From an uncultured Acidimicrobiaceae bacterium (lineage in GTDB: Bacteria > Actinomycetota > Acidimicrobiia > Spongiisociales > UBA5794): a stretch of DNA of 64,000 nt. The notes under the pieces are model-generated. The model was not told where the DNA came from. It saw only the letters and a list, made by a program, of their open reading frames with translations, and searched no databases. The DNA lies in contig CAYWPC010000006.1 in the NCBI GenBank assembly GCA_964460075.1, positions 8,711 through 72,710 on the forward strand. Direction: 5' to 3'. Within the stretch, counting starts at the first letter, position 1. Each line of letters begins with the position of its first letter. A program made the position numbers and the translations under genes. This document shows, piece after piece, positions 39,741 through 48,978 of this stretch.

Positions 39741-41012
39741 ATGTTCGTCGATAGGGTGACTATCAGAGTTCGGGGCGGGAGTGGTGGTGCTGGTGTTTCG
39801 TCGTTCCTTCGCAGAAAGGGCCTGCCTAAGGGGAAACCGAATGGTGGGTCCGGAGGCAGCGGCGGCGATGTGATCCTCTTTGCCGATGCGCAGGTTCCAA
39901 CGTTGCTGCGCTACGACAGACACCCGGATTGGCATGCGCCTAGCGGGTCACACGGCGAGGGTGACCTGCGTCACGGCCGATACGGGCAGGATCTCCGGCT
40001 CGCGGTCCCCGTCGGGACAGTGGTGCGAGATCGGGAGGACGTCGTGATCGCGGACCTTGTTGAGAACGGCCAAGAGCTCACCATTGCTCGTGGTGGCAAA
40101 GGGGGAAGAGGGAACGCCGCTTTCGTGTCTCCCGCCCGGAGGGCCCCGACGTTCGCTGAGCAGGGCGAGTACGGGGAAGAAGTCGAACTTCGCCTTGAGA
40201 TGAAGTTGCTTGCAGACGCGGCTTTGATCGGGTATCCAAATGCAGGCAAGTCGACGCTCATAGCTCGCGTATCGGCGGCTCGCCCGAAGATTGCCGACTA
40301 TCCGTTCACGACCTTGAGCCCAAACCTCGGCGTTGTCTCACTCGGTGACCGCGAGCTTGTTCTCGCTGATATCCCTGGCCTCATCGAGGGCGCAGCCAGT
40401 GGTAAGGGCCTCGGTCACGAGTTTCTGCGCCACACCGAGCGCGCTAGGGCGCTTGTGGTGCTCCTCGACCCATCCTCGCTCCAGACCGACCCACCAGACC
40501 GACAGCTCGAGGTCTTGCTTCAGGAACTCGAATGTCACGACCCTGGGCTCGCGTTGCGTGGGCGTATCGTTGTCGTGACGAAGTCCGAGTTGCTTGACGA
40601 TGAAGCCTTCGCCGCGCTCGGACTCGACGACAGCGTGTTGCGAGTCTCTTCCATGACGGGGGAGGGCGTCGACGCACTGATGTACGCCATTGCTGAACTC
40701 GTCGATCGAGTAGTGAGGGAGACGCCTCAGCGCGAGGGGTTCATTCTGCACCGACCCCTACGGGACGACTTTACGATTCGACGTGACACAAACGTGTGGA
40801 TCGTTGAGGGGATTGCCGCCGTTCGTGCAGTCAATTTGTCCGATCTCACCGATCCCGACGCGGCTGAGTTCGTTGCACGGCGACTCGTTCGAAGCGGAAT
40901 CGTAGATGGGTTGGTAGCGGCTGGAGCGCAGCAGGGCGACGATGTCCGCATTGGGTCTATCGTGTTCACCTTCGATCCGGACTCCGAGACCGGAGGAGAG
41001 GACTTCTTGTGA
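39741..41012 (+). CDS. obg: GTPase Obg/CgtA
   Basis: Glycine-rich Obg fold GGSGGAGVSSF...GGSGGSGG. G1 motif GYPNAGKST. Confidence 0.9.
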   Translation: MFVDRVTIRVRGGSGGAGVSSFLRRKGLPKGKPNGGSGGSGGDVILFADAQVPTLLRYDRHPDWHAPSGSHGEGDLRHGRYGQDLRLAVPVGTVVRDREDVVIADLVENGQELTIARGGKGGRGNAAFVSPARRAPTFAEQGEYGEEVELRLEMKLLADAALIGYPNAGKSTLIARVSAARPKIADYPFTTLSPNLGVVSLGDRELVLADIPGLIEGAASGKGLGHEFLRHTERARALVVLLDPSSLQTDPPDRQLEVLLQELECHDPGLALRGRIVVVTKSELLDDEAFAALGLDDSVLRVSSMTGEGVDALMYAIAELVDRVVRETPQREGFILHRPLRDDFTIRRDTNVWIVEGIAAVRAVNLSDLTDPDAAEFVARRLVRSGIVDGLVAAGAQQGDDVRIGSIVFTFDPDSETGGEDFL

Positions 41013-42121
41013 GACGAGCCGTTCGTGCCGGATCCCCCGTCGTGGTGAAAGTCGGTTCGTCGAGCCTCACCGATGCACAAGGAGGCCTTGATCCTCGCTC
41101 GGTCGCATCTGTAGCGGGGCAACTCGCCGACCTCAGATCTGCGGGGTATCCGCCGGTGCTGGTGAGTTCCGGTGCGATAGCTGCCGGTTTCGCGGATCTC
41201 GGTTTCTCCGAGCGACCAACGGACATTGCCAAACTTCAGGTGTCTGCCGCTGTCGGCCAGACCAAGTTGATGGGACAGTACGGTGCAGCATTCGGTCGAT
41301 ACGGTATCCAGGTTGGACAGATCCTCCTCACCAAGGATGTGCTTGGATCGAGAACGCAGTACCTCAACGCCCGAGCCGCTCTTGGGGCGATGCTCGGTCT
41401 TGGGGTGATCCCGATCGTGAACGAGAACGACACCGTTGCCGTTGATGAGGTACGTCTTGGCGACAACGATCAGCTCGCGGCAATCACCGCGCACCTGACG
41501 AACGCTGGGATGCTGGTGATCTTGACTGATACCGAGGGGTTGTACTCGCACGATCCCCGACTTTCGGACACAGCAGAGTTGCTCGCGGCTGTGGAGCACT
41601 CTGATGTTATTCTCGACCGTCTCGGCGCAACGGCGACGAAGGGCTCGCTCGGATCCGGCGGTGTCGCGACGAAGATTGGTGCGGCCCGTATGGCTGCATT
41701 CTCGGGCATCCCGACGGTGATTGCTGCAAGCCACGTCGGTGACGCTGTTGCTCAGGCAATCGCCGGTGCGGAGATCGGGACATGGATCGACCCGAGGTCG
41801 TCCTCGCTTCCGGCCAGAAAGCTCTGGATCGCCTTTGGGCTTGCCTCATCGGGAACCGTAACTGTTGACGATGGTGCTGTTGAGGCGCTTTGTTCAGCAG
41901 GAGGATCGCTCCTCGCCGTTGGGGTCATCAGCTCCTCTGGTGGGTTTCGGCGGCTGCAAGCGATCGAGGTCCTCACGACCGATGGCCACCTCGTCGCGAA
42001 GGGTCTGACACGGCTCTCTGCATCCGAACTCGATCGCGTCATCGGATCGCGTAGTCCGAAGACTGGTGGAGAGGTAATCCATCGCGATGACCTCGTCATC
42101 GTGGATGTGAACCATCGATAA
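41009..42121 (+). CDS. proB: Glutamate 5-kinase
   Basis: VVKVGSSSLT amino-acid-kinase fold plus a C-terminal PUA domain. GTGA overlap with obg. Confidence 0.9.
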   Translation: MRRAVRAGSPVVVKVGSSSLTDAQGGLDPRSVASVAGQLADLRSAGYPPVLVSSGAIAAGFADLGFSERPTDIAKLQVSAAVGQTKLMGQYGAAFGRYGIQVGQILLTKDVLGSRTQYLNARAALGAMLGLGVIPIVNENDTVAVDEVRLGDNDQLAAITAHLTNAGMLVILTDTEGLYSHDPRLSDTAELLAAVEHSDVILDRLGATATKGSLGSGGVATKIGAARMAAFSGIPTVIAASHVGDAVAQAIAGAEIGTWIDPRSSSLPARKLWIAFGLASSGTVTVDDGAVEALCSAGGSLLAVGVISSSGGFRRLQAIEVLTTDGHLVAKGLTRLSASELDRVIGSRSPKTGGEVIHRDDLVIVDVNHR

Positions 42122-42142
42122 CAACAGGGCTACGATGCCCCT

Positions 42143-43018
42143 ATGACGACCGGATGGACGACTCCAGGAGATGTCGGCGCGGATCTCGCCGACGTCGGAT
42201 ACCTTTCAGATTCCCGAATCGCGCAGGTTGTCTTCCTCGCCGATCGGCTTGAGAAACCGATTCTGGCCGAAGGGCCAGCAGGCGTCGGCAAGACCGCTCT
42301 GGCGATTGCTCTGGCCGAGGCCACAGGACGGAGACTCGTTCGTCTCCAGTGCTATGAGGGTCTCGACGAAGCGAAAGCTCTCTACGAGTGGGACTATCAC
42401 AAGCAACTACTTCGGCTCCAGACAGATGAGGGAGCTGCATGGACGGAACTTGAGGGTGATATCTTCTCGGAGCCGTTTCTGCTTGAACGTCCACTCTTGG
42501 CGGCTATTCGCTCGGAGGATCCCGTTGTGCTCCTCATAGACGAGGTCGACCGCGTCGAGGTGGAGACAGAGGCGCTGCTACTCGAGGTGCTTGACGCGTT
42601 CCAGGTGACGATCCCTGAACTTGGGACCATCACGGCTGTGTCGAAGCCGATTGTCGTGTTGACCTCGAACAACACGAGGGAGCTTTCCGAGGCGCTCAAG
42701 CGTCGATGTTTGTACCTCCATATTCCGTATCCAACGATCGATCGAGAGAGATTGATCCTCGAAGCTCGAGTTCCGCAGCTCCCGAAGGTGCTCGCCGACA
42801 GGGTCGCGAGGACCGTTGCGGCGATCAGAGAGGTTCCCCTGAGGAAGGCACCGTCGGTTTCTGAGACAATCGACTGGGCCCGTACGCTCCTCGAGTTGGG
42901 AATCGAGGATCTCGACGACGATGCGACCTCAGAGACGCTTCATGTCTTGCTCAAGTATCGAGCAGACATCGAAAAGGTTGCAAAGGAGCTTTCACTCGAC
43001 GTTTCCGAAGACCGATAG
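42143..43018 (+). CDS. MoxR-family AAA+ ATPase (CbbQ/NorQ/CoxD-like short form)
   Basis: Walker A GPAGVGKT and Walker B LLIDEVDR. 291 aa. Confidence 0.8.
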   Translation: MTTGWTTPGDVGADLADVGYLSDSRIAQVVFLADRLEKPILAEGPAGVGKTALAIALAEATGRRLVRLQCYEGLDEAKALYEWDYHKQLLRLQTDEGAAWTELEGDIFSEPFLLERPLLAAIRSEDPVVLLIDEVDRVEVETEALLLEVLDAFQVTIPELGTITAVSKPIVVLTSNNTRELSEALKRRCLYLHIPYPTIDRERLILEARVPQLPKVLADRVARTVAAIREVPLRKAPSVSETIDWARTLLELGIEDLDDDATSETLHVLLKYRADIEKVAKELSLDVSEDR

Positions 43019-43023
43019 CGGCG

Positions 43024-44445
43024 ATGTTCGCCTCCCTGACTACGTTCGTCGATGAGCTGCGAACGACCGGCATTCCTATATCGATGGTCGAGGTGATCGA
43101 TGCTGCGTCTGCGCTTGAGCACACTGATTTCACCCAATCAGAGAATCTCAGGTCGACGCTCGGTGCGACCTTGATCAAGAACACACGTCACTACGTCGCG
43201 TTCAATGCAGCGTTCGATGTCTTCTTCGGCCTAACGGTCGCAACGGTCGGTGACGAGGCTGAGGCACTCGGCCCAGGCCAAGAGGGTGATGGTGGGTCAG
43301 GGGGGTCTGACGGTGGTGGCGGCGAGCTACTCGATGCGCTTGTTGACGCACTGATGAGCGGCAGACGGGACGATCTGCGTCGGCTGATCGGGCGAGCGGT
43401 GACACTGTACGCAGCCATGCAGCCTGGGAGACCGGTCGGAGGCAGGTACTACATGTATCGGGTGTTGCGTCGGATCAACACGGACGAGCTACTCGCCAGG
43501 CTATTAGCGGCGCTTGTGTCACCTGATCCAGAAGGTGCCATCGACCGAAGGCTCCGTTCGAGCGAAGCCGAGGCGATGGTGCAGACGGTCAGGGACGAAC
43601 TCGAGCGCGAAGTCACCTCGCGGCTCGTCGCAGATAGGGGGGCGAGACAGGTAGCTGCGTCGCGTCGCTTGCCACTCGTAGAAGACATGGATCTCATGCA
43701 TGCGACAAGGACCGAGATCGCTCAGGTAGAGATGGCTATTGCTCCCCTTGCAAGGAAGCTCGCTACCAGGTTGGCGCAGCGCAGAAGGTACGGTCGTGGC
43801 GGGCGCCTCGACGTTCGGCGGACGATCAGACGCTCGCTTGGTCACGGTGGCGTCTTGTTGGAGCCACAGTTCAAAGCGCCCCGGCTATCCAAGCCAGAGA
43901 TCGTCGTGCTATGCGACCTGTCTGGATCTATGGCGACATTTGCGCGGTTTACGATGCAACTGACCTATGCAATTGCATCCGAACTGTCGAAGGTGCGCGT
44001 ATTCGGGTTTATCGATGGCCTCGACGAGGTGACCGAGTACTTCGGGACGGGTGTCGACTTCGCTGACGGGCTCATCGAGATGAGTCGGCGGGCCGATCTT
44101 GTGCGGGCAGATGGGCATTCCGACTACGGGAGGTCCTTCCTGGACATGTGGGAACGGTACAGCGAGGCGATCACGCCGCGTACCTCTGTCATCATCACCG
44201 GTGACGCCCGAAACAACTACCGGAGCCCTGGGGAGTCGTATCTCGATCGCATCGTGGAACGCTCACGAGCGACGTTCTGGCTCAACCCCGAACCGCGACG
44301 ATACTGGGACACAGGCGACTCGATCATGTCGCTGTATGCGAATCGATGCGACGTCGTGGAACAGGTACGCACACTCAGACAGCTCGAAGCATTTGTCGAA
44401 CGTGCCGCGCTCCCCACGATGAGGAGACCACGGCTGGCATCCTGA
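43024..44445 (+). CDS. VWA domain protein (CoxE/NorD-like partner of MoxR)
   Basis: C-terminal VWA domain with the MIDAS motif CDLSGSM. Long helical N-terminus. Lies 5 nt after moxR. Confidence 0.75.
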   Translation: MFASLTTFVDELRTTGIPISMVEVIDAASALEHTDFTQSENLRSTLGATLIKNTRHYVAFNAAFDVFFGLTVATVGDEAEALGPGQEGDGGSGGSDGGGGELLDALVDALMSGRRDDLRRLIGRAVTLYAAMQPGRPVGGRYYMYRVLRRINTDELLARLLAALVSPDPEGAIDRRLRSSEAEAMVQTVRDELEREVTSRLVADRGARQVAASRRLPLVEDMDLMHATRTEIAQVEMAIAPLARKLATRLAQRRRYGRGGRLDVRRTIRRSLGHGGVLLEPQFKAPRLSKPEIVVLCDLSGSMATFARFTMQLTYAIASELSKVRVFGFIDGLDEVTEYFGTGVDFADGLIEMSRRADLVRADGHSDYGRSFLDMWERYSEAITPRTSVIITGDARNNYRSPGESYLDRIVERSRATFWLNPEPRRYWDTGDSIMSLYANRCDVVEQVRTLRQLEAFVERAALPTMRRPRLAS

Positions 44446-44529
44446 GCCTGTTGTTCAAGTCTTTCCGTCGAAATGCCGATATAAAGATTGACACATAACC
44501 CCTACCTGATAGATGAGAGGGTGTCGAAA

Positions 44530-44913
44530 ATGCCGAAGGCGCTTGTGGTCGATGACTCCCAGGCCATCCGCAGATTCGTCGAGCTGTGTCTCGGCGCATT
44601 GGAGCTTGAGGTAGATGGCGTAGGTACAGGTGCCAGTGCGTGTCGGTCGATAGCTACGTGCCCTCCAGACGTCTTTCTTCTGGACGTGGGCCTCCCAGAC
44701 GTTTCTGGTTGGGATGTGCTTGAGTTCGTGCGTTCCGATCCCTCGTTGGACCATCTTCCCGTCATCATGATGACAGGAAGGGTTGACACGTCGGATGTCG
44801 AGCGGGCCACTGCTGCCGGGGCAGATGGGTACCTAATAAAGCCGTTCCGACCAGCCGATCTACGTCAGATCGTTCTCGATGCACTCACCGAGGTTCTCAC
44901 ACCGAGTGTCTAG
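44530..44913 (+). CDS. Stand-alone response-regulator receiver domain (CheY-like)
   Basis: VVDDS, phospho-acceptor Asp in FLLDVGLPD, and a conserved Lys in LIKPF. No output domain and no kinase nearby. Confidence 0.75.
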   Translation: MPKALVVDDSQAIRRFVELCLGALELEVDGVGTGASACRSIATCPPDVFLLDVGLPDVSGWDVLEFVRSDPSLDHLPVIMMTGRVDTSDVERATAAGADGYLIKPFRPADLRQIVLDALTEVLTPSV

Positions 44914-44967
44914 CGGTCCGCCTGTGGGTGCGATACGATCGCTGCGCTGCGGCGGTGTGAATGCGAC

Positions 44968-45636
44968 GTGTACATGGTGGCCACCTTGCTTGCTGTGTCG
45001 CTGCTTCCGGCTGCTGTTCCCTGCTACGGCTTGGTTTTGACGGAGCCGGTAGCGATCATCCGCCCGTTCGCTCCAATCGGAATGTACGGTGGACACTGGG
45101 GATTAGATGTAGCGGTGGCGGTGCCGGGCGATGTGGTGGCCGTAGGCAGTGGTTTTGTCACGTTTGCCGGGCGGGTCGGCGCGAGGCGTTCGGTGACGGT
45201 TGAGCACGGCGGGGGAGTGCGGACGTCGTACTCGTATCTTTCACGCATCCGTGTTACGACAGGCGAGTGGATCGAGCGCGGTAGCGTCATCGGCTCCTCG
45301 GGTTTCCACGATGAGCGAAGGGCCTTCCACCTCTCTCTACGGAAAGGGTCGACGTATCTTGATCCGTCCATGCTGGCTCGCTGTTCCGCCGCTCCTCATC
45401 GAGGTCTGTGGCTCGCAGTCCCTCGATTTCGGTATCCTGTAACCCGTGATCGGAATCCTCGGCGGAACATTCGACCCTCCTCACCTTGGACATCTCGCGA
45501 TAGCCAACGCTACGTTCGATCAACTCGCCCTCGACAAGATCTTGCTCATGCCAGCGGGTCGTCCATGGCAGAAAGCGGATCATGTGTTAACCGATGCGGG
45601 CCATCGTCTGGCGATGACCAAACTCGCTGCGTCTGA
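44968..45636 (+). CDS. M23 family metallopeptidase (LytM-like), secreted
   Basis: Signal-like N-terminus. M23 core GGHWGLD...VEHGGGVRTSYSYL...GSSG. The 3' end overlaps nadD by 191 nt. Confidence 0.65.
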   Translation: MYMVATLLAVSLLPAAVPCYGLVLTEPVAIIRPFAPIGMYGGHWGLDVAVAVPGDVVAVGSGFVTFAGRVGARRSVTVEHGGGVRTSYSYLSRIRVTTGEWIERGSVIGSSGFHDERRAFHLSLRKGSTYLDPSMLARCSAAPHRGLWLAVPRFRYPVTRDRNPRRNIRPSSPWTSRDSQRYVRSTRPRQDLAHASGSSMAESGSCVNRCGPSSGDDQTRCV

Positions 45637-46054
45637 GGTTCCGTACCTCGTCGTCGACGATCGTGAGATCCGTCGCGAAGGACCGACCTATACGATCGAT
45701 ACGGTCGAGGCGATGACGGAGCCTTGTGTGCTGATCATCGGTGCCGATACCGCCGTTGGCCTATCGACATGGCATCGCGGAGTGGAACTCCTAGAGAAGG
45801 CAGCCTTCGCCATCGTCGCACGGTCGGGAATCACTGCCGCTGACGTCGATGCTGCCCTCGGTGGCAGATACACGTTGATCGACCTGCCGCCGATCGATAT
45901 CTCATCCACCCAGATCAGGGACCACATTTCTCGAGGCCACAGTCCGCGGTTCCTCGTCTCTGAGGCTGTTGCGGCATACATCGAAACCAACGGCCTGTAC
46001 AGGTCTCCGACATCGGCGCACGATCCGGTCCCTATCATCACCGTCGATGAGTAA
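45446..46054 (+). CDS. nadD: Nicotinate-nucleotide adenylyltransferase
   Basis: IGILGGTFDPPHLGH at the N-terminus. GTG start. Confidence 0.9.
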   Translation: MIGILGGTFDPPHLGHLAIANATFDQLALDKILLMPAGRPWQKADHVLTDAGHRLAMTKLAASEVPYLVVDDREIRREGPTYTIDTVEAMTEPCVLIIGADTAVGLSTWHRGVELLEKAAFAIVARSGITAADVDAALGGRYTLIDLPPIDISSTQIRDHISRGHSPRFLVSEAVAAYIETNGLYRSPTSAHDPVPIITVDE

Positions 46055-46442
46055 ACCGCAACAACGAGCAACGCCAGAAGCGATCGCTGTTGCGGTAGCC
46101 GCAGCCGAGGCGATCTCCGACAAGAAGGGTGAGGAGATCATGATTCTCGATCTCTCCGGTCTTCTCGTTGTCACCGACATCTTCGTCTTAGCAAGCGGAA
46201 CGTCGACACGGCACGTCAAGGGTCTCGTCGACGACGCGGAAGAGGCACTTCGCGAACTTGGAAGGAAGCCGATCCGTCGGGAGGGGCGTGACCATGGGGA
46301 GTGGGTTTTGCTCGACTACGGTGACGTTGTCGTGCACATCTTTGATCGTGTGACGAGGGCCTATTACCAACTCGAACGACTGTGGGCCGACGCCCCGCGG
46401 ATCGCGTTTGCAGCGATGTCGGCAGCGCCAGAGTCCGAGTAA
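46047..46442 (+). CDS. rsfS: Ribosome silencing factor RsfS (Iojap)
   Basis: Start MSKPQQ; 8-nt overlap with nadD. Core MILDLSGLLVVTDIFVLASGTSTRHV. Confidence 0.85.
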   Translation: MSKPQQRATPEAIAVAVAAAEAISDKKGEEIMILDLSGLLVVTDIFVLASGTSTRHVKGLVDDAEEALRELGRKPIRREGRDHGEWVLLDYGDVVVHIFDRVTRAYYQLERLWADAPRIAFAAMSAAPESE

Positions 46443-46457
46443 ACTTTCCATTCGCCG

Positions 46458-46531
46458 GGGGCTGTAGCTCAGCCTGGCAGAGCACTTGACTGGCAGTCAA
46501 GGGGTCAGGGGTTCGAATCCCCTCAGCTCCA
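46458..46531 (+). tRNA. tRNA-Ala (anticodon GGC). Integration target.
   Basis: Acceptor stem GGGGCTG/CAGCTCC with G3-U70; anticodon loop CTGGCAG; T-arm GGTTCGAATCC. Confidence 0.85.
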
Positions 46532-46556
46532 CGGGAGAGAGAAACGCTGGAACCCT
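46496..46556 (+). repeat. attL-like direct repeat (3' half of tRNA-Ala plus ~25 nt)
   Basis: GTCAAGGGGTCAGGGGTTCGAATCCCCTCAGCTCCACGGGAGAGAGAAACGCTGGAACC recurs at 49371-49430 with about 5 mismatches. Confidence 0.8.
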
Positions 46557-46558
46557 AG

Positions 46559-47460
46559 CCATGGCTGGGGTTTCGGCGCGTCTGGAGGTGATTCGTCGGG
46601 TCGTTCTCAAGGTCGTGTTCGGGTCGAGAGTCCGCGAGGAGTCCGCGGGTCCGCTGGAAGTCTGTGTCGAGGAGGTGGGGAGAGATCGCGCGTCAGGGTG
46701 AGGCGCCGATCGGATCGAGACTCGTCGTAAGGATCCGGCGTTCCAGACCAGGATCCGGTCGATCATCGAACAGAACCAGCGGGTGCTCGAGCGGCTCGCT
46801 GAGTGAGCGTCGCGTACCTCGACCTCGCCGACTTCCCTGTGACCGTCGAGTCCGGAGCGAGACCCGGTACCCAGGGTTCGATTGCACGTGTACGTGCAAT
46901 GTGGCCCACAGATCGGTGCTGCGGGTTGGCGGGTGGTGTTGGTGTACCGGTAGCGTGGCGTTCTTGTCGGGTGCAAGTCTCCATCCGCTGAACGCCCATT
47001 GAAGAACCGTCGTAGTGCTTCGGCCTCTCTCGATGGTGCTTTGGTTGCGCCAACCCCGAAGTGCAGTCACTCGATTCGCGCCGTATCCATTGGATAGGCG
47101 GTCTCCGTTGCACTCCACGCCCATGGGCGTTGTCAAGCCACACGATCGTCTTGCCGCGAGTAACTGGTTGGACGAGGACGCTCACATCGCTCTTACCAAG
47201 ATCGGACGAAGGCTTCGCCCGTCACCACCACTTATCGGTTCAGTCAATCGGCGAGCAAGGCGCGATTGCCGTGGATGCGGCTTCGTGGCTGTCGTCACAC
47301 GATGGCGTCGATAACACTCCAGCATGGAGTCGGTATAGCGACGGTGTCTGAGCGGCTGGGACACGCCGACCTGAACATCACGGTGAAGATCTATCTGAAC
47401 GGATCAGGGGAATCAGATCGCTCCGCCACAGAAACACACGATGCGGCACTCCACAGGTGA
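46559..47460 (+). pseudogene. Tyrosine recombinase (phage-type integrase) remnant, frameshifted
   Basis: Box-II-like LRHTMASITLQHGVGIATVSERLGHADLNITVKIY in one frame at 47266-47460. A box-I-like RLRPSPPLIG lies in another frame. No single intact ORF. The 5' limit is uncertain. Confidence 0.55.
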
Positions 47461-47586
47461 CGGCCGGACGCCTCCCACGGAGGAAACGAAGGGCCAGATC
47501 TATGGGTCGATACGGGCAGGTAGAACCCACTTGGGACTCTTTTAGATTGATGCGGGTGAACGAGAATCACCCGGGATTGATTGTGT

Positions 47587-47721
47587 TCAGTGACCGAACG
47601 TGTTGTCGAGAGACTGGTTGGTGTGCGACGCCTTCTTGGCCTTCTTGGCAAGACGTTTTTCCTTGAGGGTCTTCTCAGCAACCTTCCTTGAACCCTTGCC
47701 ACCCTTGTCCTTGTTCGCCAT
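47587..47721 (-). CDS. Unannotated 44-aa Lys-rich basic protein (MANKDKGGKGSRKVAEKTLKEKRLAKKAKKASHTNQSLDNTFGH)
   Basis: Not in the ORF track (below 60 aa). A strong RBS AGGAGG sits 6 nt before the ATG. Inside the integrated element. Confidence 0.5.
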   Translation of the reverse strand: MANKDKGGKGSRKVAEKTLKEKRLAKKAKKASHTNQSLDNTFGH

Positions 47722-47978
47722 CGGAGCCTCCTGACTGATGACCGGAGTGGTAACCATGGAACCAGTGTCTCACATCACGACAAACCGCGGAGCGAACGCG
47801 TCCCTAACAAGCCCAAACATATGCGTTGTTATGGGTGGGTGTGGACGATATAGATCTGGAGGATGGCGCACGGTGGGGTGGGCGTTACCAGAGTGCAGTA
47901 CGCTGCGAGTGGTGAAACGGGAACATCTAGGTATTGGAGTCTGGCGTGGAAGCTGATCGGGAGAGAGCAGAACGCCAT

Positions 47979-48119
47979 GAGCGGGAGCGTAAGGAAGAAC
48001 ACGAGCGCAGTGAGCAGAGACGTAAGGAAGATCGTGAGCGGGCTGACCAAAGGCGTAAGGAAGAGCGTGAGCGGGCTGACCGTAGGCGTAAGGAAGAGCG
48101 TGAGCGGGAGGGTCATGGT
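47979..48119. repeat. Tandem repeat, 4 x 33 bp (unit ..CGTAAGGAAGAGCGTGAGCGGGCTGACC..)
   Basis: The CGTAAGGAAG phase recurs at 47988, 48021, 48054 and 48087. The period of 33 nt is frame-preserving. The plus frame encodes an RRKEERERAD-type charged repeat. Confidence 0.8.
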
Positions 48120-48206
48120 CGGAGCGGGAGTTAGCTTCGGCTGATCGGTTCCTCACTTCGGCGGGGGGCGCTTCTTGTTTGGCGACATGTACTTGGAGGA
48201 TTCCTG

Positions 48207-48347
48207 ATGAAGTCCAAGCCGATTATCGATGGTGGAAGGCAGCGGTGCGTGGATTGTGGCCACCCTCGCAGGGAGCACAGTGATAATCACAGGTGCACAG
48301 TGCCGAAGTGTGAGTGTCTCGAATACCAATTGCCAGAGGCGAACTGA
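48207..48347 (+). CDS. Unannotated 46-aa zinc-ribbon protein (CxxC...CxxxxCxC)
   Basis: MKSKPIIDGGRQRCVDCGHPRREHSDNHRCTVPKCECLEYQLPEAN. A GGAGGA RBS lies 7 nt upstream. Below the ORF-track size cut-off. Confidence 0.5.
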   Translation: MKSKPIIDGGRQRCVDCGHPRREHSDNHRCTVPKCECLEYQLPEAN

Positions 48348-48462
48348 ACTCTGGACCTGGCTCGCTGAGGCCAGTCTTAACCGGTGACCGGTGTGGTTCG
48401 CCCGGCTTGGCCTGGTCGCTCATAGGTGTCGTTATGGGCGAGCTCCGCAAGAAGGCTTGCTA

Positions 48463-48978
48463 CTAGGAAACGGCGGTCGTCACCGTTACACCAGTCTCCT
48501 CACTGGTTGCATGGCGCCACGAGTCTCCGTTCCATTGGAATTGAACAACAATGAATCGGGCACCATCTCGTGCCGTCACGACCCCTATCGGGACGCCCAC
48601 CACATTGGATGCAAGCTCCTCAATCGGACCTACGTAGAGGATGACACCGTCACTCTCCACCACGCCATCGACAAACAGAGCATCATCTTCGGCAGGGCTG
48701 ACGAACATCGCATTGGGGAATTTGGCTACAACCTCGTTGCGAACCTGCTCAGGCATTGGGAGTTCCTGACCTTCGGGCGTGTCCGAGGTGATGAGTTGCT
48801 TGCGTACGAACATTGGGCGAGCTTGACAATCAGGGCAACCGATTTCGACAGCGTTGACCGACGATGTTGCTCGGGTCGCTCCATCGATTGCCGAAGCCTC
48901 GCTACCCGACCCAGTACAAGCCGCTACAAGGACCGACAAGGCTACGACCGCTGCCAGAATGTGTCGACTCCTCAACAT
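48463..48978 (-). CDS. Hypothetical lipoprotein
   Basis: Signal peptide plus lipobox LVAAC|TGSG. Preferred over the overlapping plus-strand ORF 48391-48990. Confidence 0.5.
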   Translation of the reverse strand: MLRSRHILAAVVALSVLVAACTGSGSEASAIDGATRATSSVNAVEIGCPDCQARPMFVRKQLITSDTPEGQELPMPEQVRNEVVAKFPNAMFVSPAEDDALFVDGVVESDGVILYVGPIEELASNVVGVPIGVVTARDGARFIVVQFQWNGDSWRHATSEETGVTVTTAVS

